A stretch of 20,000 nt of DNA from an uncultured virus (IMG/VR IMGVR_UViG_2540341247_000004) (lineage: Duplodnaviria > Heunggongvirae > Uroviricota > Caudoviricetes). The stretch lies in IMG/VR virus record IMGVR_UViG_2540341247_000004. The stretch is one strand, 5' to 3'. The position numbers were made by a program, and so were the translations under genes. Each line of letters opens with the position of its first letter. Position 1 is the first letter of the stretch. Under the pieces are notes generated by a model. The model saw only the letters and a list, made by a program, of their open reading frames with translations. It was not told the DNA's origin and did not search any database. Shown one piece after another: positions 7,872 through 17,300 of the stretch.

Positions 7872-8621
7872 ATGGGTAAAGTGATGGACCGCGACCCGTC
7901 TGGGCGCACAGTGCTGATTACCGGGGGCCGCTTGTCCTTCGGTGACAGCTTGCAGGAAAAGAAGAAGCCTGCCAAGGCCGACTCCGACGCAACGCCGGCG
8001 CACAGCGCCAACATCATCCTTGAGCATGACCACAAGGATTTTGCATCCAATCAGGCCGCTATCATTGAGGCGTTGAAGGCTGCCGGGACGGAATTCAAGA
8101 AGCGGGAAGGCTTCTGGAAGGAACTGTGGGATGACAGCCCGAAACAGCTGTGTTTCCGCAAAGGGGACAAGTTCAAAAACGACGAATCCGGGGAAGTCTA
8201 TGCCGGGTATGCAGGCAACCTGGTGGTGACCGGAAAGGGACCGCGCGCTGGGCAACAGCGCCCGGTTCTCAAGGATCGATACAAGCGGGACGTCGGATAC
8301 GATGACATTCCCGACGTCTTCTACAACGGCACCTATGGCGACTTCATCGTGAGCTTCTACGGCACCGACAAGGGGGGCACCGCCCGTATCACCTGCTCAA
8401 TTGAAGCGATCCGCTCCTATCAGGAAGGTGAGCGCATGGGCGGCGGCGGCATTGACGTCCGTGACGATGACTTTGACGACATGCCCGAGGATGACAGCTT
8501 CGGTGGGGACTCGAAGCCCAGCGGCGGGGGTGACGATCTGCTTGGCGGGTCCAAATCAGGCGGGGGTGACGATCTGCTTGGCGGGTCCAAATCAGGCGGC
8601 GACCTCGACCTTCTGGGCTGA
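7872..8621 (+). CDS. DUF2815-like phage single-stranded DNA-binding protein
   Basis: ATG 7872 after AAGGA; GRLSF, FRKGD, YAGYAG, FYNGTYG and QEGERMGGG motifs; acidic tail; position between the DUF2800-like gene and the polymerase. Confidence 0.85.
   Translation: MGKVMDRDPSGRTVLITGGRLSFGDSLQEKKKPAKADSDATPAHSANIILEHDHKDFASNQAAIIEALKAAGTEFKKREGFWKELWDDSPKQLCFRKGDKFKNDESGEVYAGYAGNLVVTGKGPRAGQQRPVLKDRYKRDVGYDDIPDVFYNGTYGDFIVSFYGTDKGGTARITCSIEAIRSYQEGERMGGGGIDVRDDDFDDMPEDDSFGGDSKPSGGGDDLLGGSKSGGGDDLLGGSKSGGDLDLLG
8523..8594 (+). repeat. Perfect 36-bp tandem duplication encoding GGGDDLLGGSKS x2
   Basis: GGCGGGGGTGACGATCTGCTTGGCGGGTCCAAATCA at 8523-8558 and 8559-8594. Confidence 0.95.
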
Positions 8622-8640
8622 CCCGGCCCTAGTCATACCG

Positions 8641-8668
8641 AGCGGGCCGCGAAGATCAGCGGCCCGCT
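8641..8668 (+). terminator. GC-rich hairpin after SSB (weak terminator or mRNA-stabilising stem)
   Basis: Perfect 10-bp stem AGCGGGCCGC-gaagatca-GCGGCCCGCT but no real U-tract. Confidence 0.45.
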
Positions 8669-8701
8669 TGCCATTCACCTTTCATGGGAAAGACACCTGA
8701 A

Positions 8702-9319
8702 ATGCGCGACTGCATGATCGATCTTGAGACACTGGGAACCAGCTCCAACGCACCGATCTTGTCGATAGGCGCGTGTTTTTTTGATATTGAGACGGGTGCA
8801 ATCGGACAGAAATTTCACGAGAAGATCAAAGTTGCAGACGCACTGAACTATTCGCGCATGTCGGGCGACACGTTCGTATGGTGGATGCGGCAGTCCGACG
8901 CCGCGCGCAAAAAGGTTATCACAGGCACCCGCGCATCGCTTGAGGTATTGCACGACTTTTGCCGATTTCTTGGTGCTTGTGACTCCAAAGAGCTGCGCCC
9001 GTGGGGCAACGGTGCATCGTTCGATATTACCATTCTGGAATCCAGTTACGCCCGCATTTGCGGTGACCACCTGCACCCGGCAGACCGCCGCAGCCCTCCC
9101 TGGAAGTTCTGGAACGTCCGCGACTGTCGGACCATCAAAGACCTGGGGGAGGCGGCGGGATACCGATGGACCGAGAAGCTGGACGGCACCGCGCATGACG
9201 CCCTGGACGACGCAATCTTTCAGGCCCGGTGGACCAGTTTCTACTGGCGCAATCTGACGCAGAAGGAAACCACTGGCGAGCTGCCCGTTTCCGACAATGT
9301 GATGGGCCTGCTGGGATGA
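8702..9319 (+). CDS. DEDDh 3'-5' exonuclease (Rv2179c / ExoVIII-C-terminal-like)
   Basis: MIDLETLG, WGNGASFD, RDCRT and HDALDDA motifs. Start is at 8702 or 8684. Confidence 0.85.
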   Translation: MRDCMIDLETLGTSSNAPILSIGACFFDIETGAIGQKFHEKIKVADALNYSRMSGDTFVWWMRQSDAARKKVITGTRASLEVLHDFCRFLGACDSKELRPWGNGASFDITILESSYARICGDHLHPADRRSPPWKFWNVRDCRTIKDLGEAAGYRWTEKLDGTAHDALDDAIFQARWTSFYWRNLTQKETTGELPVSDNVMGLLG

Positions 9320-9612
9320 TAAAAGCGTTGACAGAAGCTGAACGCAAAGCCGTCGACGCCTACCTAGATTCCGGGGGTCGCGTTTATACCGCGCGCACGG
9401 GCGAAAGTGGCCTTTATGACGAGACGGGGCTTCCTCTGCGACCCGGTATCGATGGGGTGGGAAGACATACCCGTGCGCGCGTTCAGGCGTTTCGTCGGAT
9501 GAAGGCCGAAGGTGCCACCAATGTTGAGATTGCGGAGCATCTGGGGATCAGCCTTTACGCATTGAGGGGCACCCTCAACCGCTGGGCTGGTTGGGATGGT
9601 GACGACAAATGA
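9316..9612 (+). CDS. Small protein with C-terminal HTH (98 aa)
   Basis: ATGA overlaps with both neighbouring genes; ATNVEIAEHLGISLYALRGTL is an HTH pattern. Confidence 0.7.
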   Translation: MIKALTEAERKAVDAYLDSGGRVYTARTGESGLYDETGLPLRPGIDGVGRHTRARVQAFRRMKAEGATNVEIAEHLGISLYALRGTLNRWAGWDGDDK

Positions 9613-11585
9613 ACACGATCCTTCTCGATATCGAAGTCTACAAGGATTACTTCTTCCTCGGGATGTTGCGTGTCGAGGACGGAGTCCGTCGGGGCTTCGA
9701 GATGAGTTCACGCACCCCGGAAGGCCCGGATCGCGAAGATCAGATCGAGCGGATGCGCCTGGATGTTCGCAAGTATCTGCACCAGTTCAACACGGTGGGC
9801 TTCAACTCCCTCGGATACGACCTCCCGATGATATGGTATTGGGTCGAGGGGGCCACCAACGAACAGCTGAAAAGCGCAAGCGACCGGATCATCAAAGGCA
9901 ATGTGAAGTGGTGGGATGTAGAGGACATGCTTGGAGTCCGAATTCCGTTCAAGGTCAAGCAACAGCACGTAGACCTGATCGAACCCCAGCCCAACCCTTT
10001 CGCCAGCCTAAAGATTCTGAACGGTCGTCTGCATGGCAAACAGTTGCAGGACTTGCCGTATGATCCTGACATCGACCTGACCCCTGTCCAAATGGACCGG
10101 CTGAATCATTACTGCCTGCAAAACGACCTCGACGCGACGCACAACCTCTGGACCACCATGGGCGAGGCGATCGATCTTCGACGCAAGGTTTCAGACGAAC
10201 TGGGCGTGAACGTCATGTCCAAGTCGGACACCCAGATGGGTCTTGCGATCATCAAGAAGCGCGTCGAGGACATCACAGGCAAACGGGTGAAGCGCACAGG
10301 GGCCACACCGGGTCAGACCTTTCGATACAAGGCCCCCGCTTACATCCATTTTGAAACACCCCGGCTTCGCGAGATTCTGACCCAAATTCAGAAGCACGAT
10401 TTTGTGGTGACCGAGACCGGGAAAGTCGACCTTCCGAAATGGCTGAAAGACGCCAAGATCGGAATCGGCAGTTCGGTCTATCAGATGGGCCTGGGTGGCT
10501 TGCACTCGACCGAGTCCAACCGGGCTGTGAGATCCACCAACAGCCACGCCCTTTGCGATTTCGACGTGGCGTCCTATTACCCGGCGATCATCCTTAACAC
10601 CGGGCTTTACCCGGAAGCCATCGGCCCGGTCTTCACCGACGTCTATCGCGGTATCAGGGACGACCGGATCGTAGCGAAGAAGGCCAAGGACAAGGTTACC
10701 GACAAGTCGATGAAGATTGCCCTGAACGGCACCTTCGGCTCACTCGGGTCACCCTACTCCTTCGTCTACGCACCGCATCTTCTGATCGCGGTGACGCTCA
10801 CCGGGCAACTGGCCCTGCTGATGTTCATAGAGCGCGCCGAGCGGGCCGGAATCGAGGCTGTGAGCGGCAACACAGACGGCGTGGTGTTCCGCATACCCAG
10901 GGATCTCTGGGACGGGCTTGCTGGTGACCGTCCACGACCGTCTGTGTTGGCTGACGTGGTGGAAGGCTGGGAGCGCGACACTGGGTTCACTCTTGAGGGG
11001 ACCGAGTATTCCGCACTCTATAACCAGTCGGTCAACAGCTATTATGCGGTGAAGAAGGACGGCGGGAAGATCAAGCAAAAGGGTCCGTTTGCGGACTGGT
11101 GGGACTACAACCCCGACCCCCGCGAACAGATGATGCACAACCCGAGCGCCACGATCTGTTCCGTGGCGGCTGCTGAGAAGATCGCCAACGGGACTCCTGT
11201 TGCCGAAACCATTCGAGCAAGCCGCGATATCAAACAGTTTGTCACGGTAATCAACGCGACCGGCGGGGCGACCTGGCGGGGCGAGTATCTGGGTAAAGTT
11301 GTCAGATACTACTGGTCCACTGATGGAGATCCGATCTTCAAGAAGAAGGCTCATCCGAAAACCGGGAACCATCCCAAGATTCCGAAGACAGACGGTGCCA
11401 AAGAGTGCATGCGCCTGCCCGACGAATTCCCTGATGACATCGACTATAAGCGATACGTTGCAGAAGCCGAGGCGATCCTGAAAGCCATTGGCTACTACGG
11501 TGACGTGATCCAGGCGCAGAAGCCAGTCAGGCTTACAAAAGCGAATAGAAAGGCGGTGCTTGAGGCATGGGTGACATCAGCATAG
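9609..11585 (+). CDS. Phage DNA polymerase with family-B-type motifs and proofreading domain
   Basis: Exo motifs LDIEVY, GFNSLGYD and YCLQND; polymerase motifs DFDVASYYPAII, KIALNGTFG and NTDG. Confidence 0.88.
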   Translation: MNTILLDIEVYKDYFFLGMLRVEDGVRRGFEMSSRTPEGPDREDQIERMRLDVRKYLHQFNTVGFNSLGYDLPMIWYWVEGATNEQLKSASDRIIKGNVKWWDVEDMLGVRIPFKVKQQHVDLIEPQPNPFASLKILNGRLHGKQLQDLPYDPDIDLTPVQMDRLNHYCLQNDLDATHNLWTTMGEAIDLRRKVSDELGVNVMSKSDTQMGLAIIKKRVEDITGKRVKRTGATPGQTFRYKAPAYIHFETPRLREILTQIQKHDFVVTETGKVDLPKWLKDAKIGIGSSVYQMGLGGLHSTESNRAVRSTNSHALCDFDVASYYPAIILNTGLYPEAIGPVFTDVYRGIRDDRIVAKKAKDKVTDKSMKIALNGTFGSLGSPYSFVYAPHLLIAVTLTGQLALLMFIERAERAGIEAVSGNTDGVVFRIPRDLWDGLAGDRPRPSVLADVVEGWERDTGFTLEGTEYSALYNQSVNSYYAVKKDGGKIKQKGPFADWWDYNPDPREQMMHNPSATICSVAAAEKIANGTPVAETIRASRDIKQFVTVINATGGATWRGEYLGKVVRYYWSTDGDPIFKKKAHPKTGNHPKIPKTDGAKECMRLPDEFPDDIDYKRYVAEAEAILKAIGYYGDVIQAQKPVRLTKANRKAVLEAWVTSA

Positions 11586-11821
11586 AACCGAACCGCTACG
11601 CGGGAACATGTGTCCGATGCGGCGGCCGAGTGGCCGAAGGGGCGGGATCGTTCCGTTTCGTGAAACCCGGCGCGCTGTCCGACTGGCCCCATGTTGGCGG
11701 TCTGAATTTCCGCGATGTGGCGCTTCTGGAACACATCGCATGCCGTCAAAAGTATGACGGAACCAATGTTCACTTCCGTTATTTCCCCGACCCATCCTGC
11801 GAAGGTTTCAGCGATGAGTGA
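11567..11821 (+). CDS. Small putative zinc-binding protein (84 aa)
   Basis: NRYAGTCVRCG...EHIAC gives CxxC plus HxxC; overlaps both neighbouring genes. Confidence 0.65.
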   Translation: MGDISIEPNRYAGTCVRCGGRVAEGAGSFRFVKPGALSDWPHVGGLNFRDVALLEHIACRQKYDGTNVHFRYFPDPSCEGFSDE

Positions 11822-12116
11822 CTTTCACTTTTCCCGTGATTTGGAATCAACAGTAGAAGATTCCGTGGTCGCCTGGGCCACCAACAACGGTTGGATAGCC
11901 AGATTCATGAAGTATCGCGGCCGCCGTGGTTGCCGGGATGTCGATTTCTACGGATTCGGCCAGATCGTAATGTGCGAGTTCAAGAAGCAGGACGGAGGTG
12001 AGCTGGCCCCCGCCCAGGTTCGAGAACGTGGGCGGATGCGTGACGCGGGCCTGACTGTTCATGTCATTGACAAGGCGGACGACGGCATCAGTCTGCTGCG
12101 GGGCCTCATGGCATGA
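11814..12116 (+). CDS. VRR-NUC domain nuclease (Holliday junction resolvase-like)
   Basis: ESTVE...GRRGCRD...EFKK..G.LAPAQ pattern; ATG at 11814; directly upstream of the SNF2 helicase. Confidence 0.8.
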   Translation: MSDFHFSRDLESTVEDSVVAWATNNGWIARFMKYRGRRGCRDVDFYGFGQIVMCEFKKQDGGELAPAQVRERGRMRDAGLTVHVIDKADDGISLLRGLMA

Positions 12117-13525
12117 ACAGACCTATCCGAACCAGAAGCATGCTTCGGGACAAACAGCTCATAATCGCCAAGTATGTCACAGACGAGGACGGTAAGCTGA
12201 TCGTCAGCGGAATGGGGTCCGGTAAGACGGGCGCGACGCTGACAGGCATGCGCAAACTACTCGACTCGTTCGCTGTTCGACATTGGCTTGTGGTGGGGCC
12301 GAAATTCGTGGCCCAAAATACCTGGCCCGATGAGATCGAAAGCTGGGAACACACCCGCTGCATGTCCTATGCGGTCGCGGTGGGGACGGACGCGCAGCGG
12401 CGCGCGGCGATCGCGGCACGGGCTGAAATCACGACGATCAATTTTGAGTCCCTGCAATGGCTGGCGAAGCATATCGGATCGGTGAAGAACTGGTATTGGG
12501 ACGGCGTGGTGATCGATGAATCCAGTCGTTTCAAAGCGGGTAAGAAGCGCACCACCCGTGCCCGTGTCAAGGACTCCAAGGGGAACATGAAAATTCGAAA
12601 AGGCGGCAACATGACCCGATTTGGCGTTATGGCGACCGCCAGGAGCAAGGTGAACCGAATTGTCGAGCTCACCGGCACCCCTCTACCGCAGGGCATCCAT
12701 GACGCCTGGGGTCAGATTTATCTGATTGACCAAGGGGAAAGACTGGGCCGGTCGATGACCGAGTTCGAAGAACGCTGGTTCATCAAGAACCAATACACGC
12801 ATCAGATCAAACCCAAGTCAGGGGCAGAAGCCGAAATCATGCGGCTGATCTCAGACGTCATGGTGACCATTCCCCAAGAGAAACTGGTCGAAGAACCTCG
12901 TTTCATTCCCGTGAAAGTCACGCTGCCACCGAAGGTGATTCGCGCTTACAAGGAGTTCGAACGCACACTTTACGCCACGGAATACGACGTCGAGGCTGTT
13001 TCGCGGGGCGTCCTTGCTAACAAACTTTTGCAGTTTGCAAACGGGTCAATGTATCGCGAAGACGGGTCAGTTGTGTCGGTTCATGGCGAAAAGATGTCGG
13101 CTTTGGACGAGATTGTGGCACAAGCTACAGGCGAAAATATCTTAGTCTTTTACTCGTATAAGTTTGATCGCGATTCCATACTAAAGAAGTATCCTCACGC
13201 AGTAGTTGCAAACGAGGACACAGACGCGATCCGCAAATGGAACAATGGCGAAATATCAATGATGCTTGCTCATCCCGCGTCTATCGGGCACGGGACAAAC
13301 CTTCAATATGGGGGTCATATTGCGGTTTGGTTCGGTCTCCCGTGGAGCCTTGAACTCTACCTGCAAGCGAACTGGCGTCTCCCTCGACCGGGCCAGACCG
13401 AGCAGGTTCTGATCTACCAGATCATAGCCGAAGACACCTATGACAAGGTGGCGATCGACGTCCTGGCCCGGAAGGACGCCACTCAAGAATCACTGGTCCA
13501 ATCCGTGCTTCACCGAATGGTGTGA
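12113..13525 (+). CDS. SNF2-like superfamily 2 helicase
   Basis: MGSGKT, VIDESS, LTGTP, HPASIGHGTNLQ and QANWRLPRPGQ motifs. Confidence 0.92.
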   Translation: MNRPIRTRSMLRDKQLIIAKYVTDEDGKLIVSGMGSGKTGATLTGMRKLLDSFAVRHWLVVGPKFVAQNTWPDEIESWEHTRCMSYAVAVGTDAQRRAAIAARAEITTINFESLQWLAKHIGSVKNWYWDGVVIDESSRFKAGKKRTTRARVKDSKGNMKIRKGGNMTRFGVMATARSKVNRIVELTGTPLPQGIHDAWGQIYLIDQGERLGRSMTEFEERWFIKNQYTHQIKPKSGAEAEIMRLISDVMVTIPQEKLVEEPRFIPVKVTLPPKVIRAYKEFERTLYATEYDVEAVSRGVLANKLLQFANGSMYREDGSVVSVHGEKMSALDEIVAQATGENILVFYSYKFDRDSILKKYPHAVVANEDTDAIRKWNNGEISMMLAHPASIGHGTNLQYGGHIAVWFGLPWSLELYLQANWRLPRPGQTEQVLIYQIIAEDTYDKVAIDVLARKDATQESLVQSVLHRMV

Positions 13526-13609
13526 CTTTCAACTATTTCTTGCCTGAGACGTGCAATTGATCTAAGTCAATAAACGTGAAATTAATCGCACTTCAATCAA
13601 CAGTGGATC

Positions 13610-14305
13610 ATGCCGATGCTTGACAAGAAAATATTGCACCCCGATTTTGCCGAGCGTTTTCAGCTCGCCTGCGAGGGTAACCCCCATGTCCCGCCCCAGC
13701 ACTACGGGCGGCTGGGTTGGATCGTCAAAGAAATGAAATCCCGCTTTGACATCAAGACGACACCAGAAACCGTTCGTCGTTGGTCGTCGGGTGAGGCACG
13801 TCCGCGCACAGACAAGCTGCGCGCCCTTGCGCAGCTTTTACAGGTTGACCAGGCATGGCTGGCCCTTGGGCAACAGCCTACCGACACACCCAAGGAACGT
13901 CGCCTGCGCGACGCCGAGCGCGATGGTGCAGTCAACCTTCTGGCAGGCGCAATCCGCATGTGCGGGGGAAACCCAGCCTTCCCCACGGACGATGACACCC
14001 AGGCAAAAGAAAACCTGACCGACCTGTTCGCGATCATCAAAGGTGCCCAATACGCAATACACGTTACGACTCCTGTGATCGAAGGCGACAAGATGACGTT
14101 CGCGATCCCGGTCAAGGCCCGGAACTCGCTGGCACTTGCCGTCGTCATGGAACCCAGATTGCAGTTCAGTTTCTACGAACTTCCCTGGGATCAAGTCGAG
14201 GAACTGGGGCAGATGAAATCCGGCAACTACCATCTTGAGGTTCCCGTGTCGCAGCTCGCGACTGTGGGTGCCCGGAAAATCGAGACATTTGCAGAGCGGA
14301 TTTGA
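13610..14305 (+). CDS. XRE-family HTH transcriptional regulator, candidate prophage repressor
   Basis: TTPETVRRWSSGEARPRTDKLRALAQLLQVDQAWLALG is a typical XRE HTH; AT-rich regulatory DNA on both sides; no obvious S24 peptidase motifs. Confidence 0.8.
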   Translation: MPMLDKKILHPDFAERFQLACEGNPHVPPQHYGRLGWIVKEMKSRFDIKTTPETVRRWSSGEARPRTDKLRALAQLLQVDQAWLALGQQPTDTPKERRLRDAERDGAVNLLAGAIRMCGGNPAFPTDDDTQAKENLTDLFAIIKGAQYAIHVTTPVIEGDKMTFAIPVKARNSLALAVVMEPRLQFSFYELPWDQVEELGQMKSGNYHLEVPVSQLATVGARKIETFAERI

Positions 14306-14320
14306 CAATCACCTTTAATG

Positions 14321-14349
14321 TTGTGACTTTCACTAATTAAGTGTATTCT
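14321..14349 (+). promoter_or_regulatory. Putative promoter of the methyltransferase gene overlapped by an operator-like motif
   Basis: TTGTGA-N17-TATTCT; ACTTTCAC-N7-GTGT at 14326-14344; an additional TTGACA at 14302-14307. Confidence 0.45.
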
Positions 14350-14376
14350 GAATCCTTGTCGAAGGGGGTTTAGGAC

Positions 14377-17300
14377 ATGCGTTTCGGAAGTGTTTGCAGC
14401 GGGATTGAAGCTGCGTCTGTAGCCTTCGCCCCCCTTGGGTGGGAAGCCGCTTGGCTGGCCGAAACAGACCTGGCGGCGTCTGCTGTCCTTTCGCACCGAT
14501 ATGGGGCGACCGCACCCAGATTCCCGGTCTCGGAAAAGGATGCAAAGCGCGCCGCGAAGATCGAGTGGGGGGATCGCGTCACCAACTGGGGTGACATGAC
14601 CCGCATCCCAGACCTGGTCCGATCAGGTGAAGCCGAGGCCCCGGACGTTCTCTGCGGCGGGACGCCGTGTTTTCCGGCAGGAGCTTTGGTTTCCACGCCA
14701 AAAGGTTTCAAGGAAATCCAGACAATCCGACCAGGGGACATAGTTCTGACTCATGAGGGTAGGTATCGCAAAGTCCTGCGGACAGGTTCAAAGTTCGCCA
14801 CCAATACGGTCTGCATAACCGGTCAAGGCCACCATGGGTTAAATTCGACCTCGAACCATCCGTTCCTGACTCGGCAGAGAACCTTTAGTTCCACACGCAA
14901 GAACGGGAAAGCGGTGGCTCTGACTGGCGTAACCCATCTTCAATGGACGGATGCGGCTGATTTGAAGGGACACCACTGGGCAGCACTCGAACGCTACCCG
15001 GAGCATCCCATAATGTCCCCGGAAGCTGTGGGGCGTGAGACACCTGTTCCAGGTATGTGCGAGGCCCTAGCATGGCTGGCGGGCGCGTATGTAGGGGACG
15101 GCTGGACCAGAATCAACGACCGACGGGGTTATGTCCTCTACGGTGTGAATGATTCAAAGGCAGAATTAATACGAAAAACACTTTCTGATTACGGGCTAAC
15201 CCACTCCGAGTCGCGCGAACGAACAACACTTCGAATCCAGATTTCTTCGCGCCCACTTGCCCGTTGGATGGTCACGAATTTTGGAAGCGGATCGGAAGGC
15301 AAGGAACTTCCGACATGGCTGTTCGGCGCGGATGAAGGAATTCGTCGGGCGTTCTTTGAAGGCTACGCTGCAATGGACGGGACCAAAATTCGCCTAGGTC
15401 ACAGAATCGTAACAGTAAGCCGAAAGCTTGCCCTTGGGACCAAAATTCTAGCAAACACTCTTGGTATGGCGGCAAGCGTTCGGCTTGTTGAGCCAACTCG
15501 AAATAAGTGTTTCATCGAAGGCCGGGAAGTTCGTGAAAAAGCATACTATACCGTGTCTACTTCGACATCCAGTAGAACGTCTTTCTCAGATGGAAAGTAT
15601 CGATTCGGCTGTGTAAGATCGGTAACCCCATCCAAACCATGTATGGTCTACAACCTAGAGGTAGAAGAAGATCACACCTACTTAGTGGATGGAATTGTAG
15701 TCCATAATTGCCAGTCGTATTCGATTGCCGGCCGCCGCAAGGGCCTGGGTGATGAACGCGGTCAACTGACCCTCAAATTCGTGGAAATCGCAGATGAAAT
15801 CGACAACGCCCGCGCAAGACTCGGCCTCCAACCTTGCATTGTCTTCTGGGAAAACGTGCCCGGAGTCCTCACCGATGCCGGAAATGCCTTCGGAAACTAC
15901 CTTGCGGATCTCGCCGGCGACGACCAGGCTCTTGAGCCGGGGCCGCGACCTGAACATGGACGGTCCTCTACCCATTGGAGCTGGAAAAAAGACGCCGGTG
16001 AGCATCGCCCGAAGTGGTCAAACGCTGGTATTATTGTTGGACCCAAGCGGACAGTCGCATGGCGAGTCATGGATGCCCAATATTTCGGTCTGGCCCAACG
16101 ACGCGCGCGTCTGTTTGTTGTCGCAAGTGCTGGAATGGGGATACATCCCGACGAAATACTTCTTGAGTTCGACCGCATGCGCCGGGATACTCAGCCGCGC
16201 CGACCGACGGGGGAAGACCTTGCCCGATCTGCTGTTGAACGCGCTTTTGAAAGCGGCGACTGGCATAGAGGACTCCACCCCAGTCTCGCGCAATCCCACA
16301 GCACAGGTGGTATCGGACAGTCAAATCAAGAACTGTTCTCACAGCGCGGCGCGGGACTCGTGGCCGTCCCCGGTGCTGATATGGGCCACGGCGGCATAGA
16401 ACCGGATGTCTTTCGTCTGGTTGCGTTTGGCGATTACAGGCACGATTCAAAGAGTTCGTCCCTGAACGCGCGTGACCACAAGTATGTCACTGACATTGTT
16501 TTACATCACGGCCAGCCTGTGACCTCCCCTGGTGATGTCTTGGCTTTCGACACCACGCAGATCACGTCCCCTGCCAACTTCTCCCGGCCCCAACCGGGAG
16601 ATCCCTGTCATCCTCTTGCTGCTGGGGCACACGCCCCCGCGATCTGCTTCACGTCGAAGGATCACGGACAGGACGCGACCGAAGAAATGGCCCCTACGAT
16701 GCGCGCAATGTCTCATGGCGCGTCACACGCCAACGGTGGCGGGCAGCTTGCCGTCGCGTTCACCGAGCGAGGGCGACCGGAAGGTCGAACCGTGGAAGTC
16801 AACGGAGACTTGGCCTACGCGCTTCTGGCCCCCACGGGCGGATCGCGGTCACAGGAAAAGATGGTCGCCACAAAAGGAGCGCCCAATGCCGATGCCCATG
16901 AAACCGACACCGCTCAAATTCTGCGAGAACTGCGAGAATGTGTTGGTGAGGAAGCGTTCGCCCGGTGGGGCACCGGAATCGTTGCTTCACTTTTCTCGCC
17001 GGAAGTTTTGCAATCGTGGCTGCATGGCAAAAAGTTTCTCACAACGCCCAAAGACGGACGACCCTTCTTGGATGACTGCGCACTACCACGCGCGCAAGAC
17101 TTGCCCGGAGGCGTCCTGCAAAATCTGTGGCTCGACGGGCCGCACGGATGTTCATCACAAGGACGAAGACTGGCAGAACAACTCACCAAGCAATTTGGTG
17201 AGACTTTGCAGATCATGCCACAACAAGCAGCATCGGTAGGCTTCGACTTGCACTATATGCCGGAAAAGGGCGAAGGGCCACGGGTTTTGCCCGAAGCACT

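Noticed and set aside
5488..8255. Long antisense ORFs (5510-6592, 6997-7707, 7487-8050 and others)
   Set aside because: Shadow frames of GC-rich genes with no RBS or motifs, unlike the two same-strand nested ORFs in the MTase.
16532..16885. N-terminal extension of the nested HNH ORF given in the track
   Set aside because: Pro/Arg/Ser-rich off-frame sequence; the strong AAGGAG places the start at 16886.
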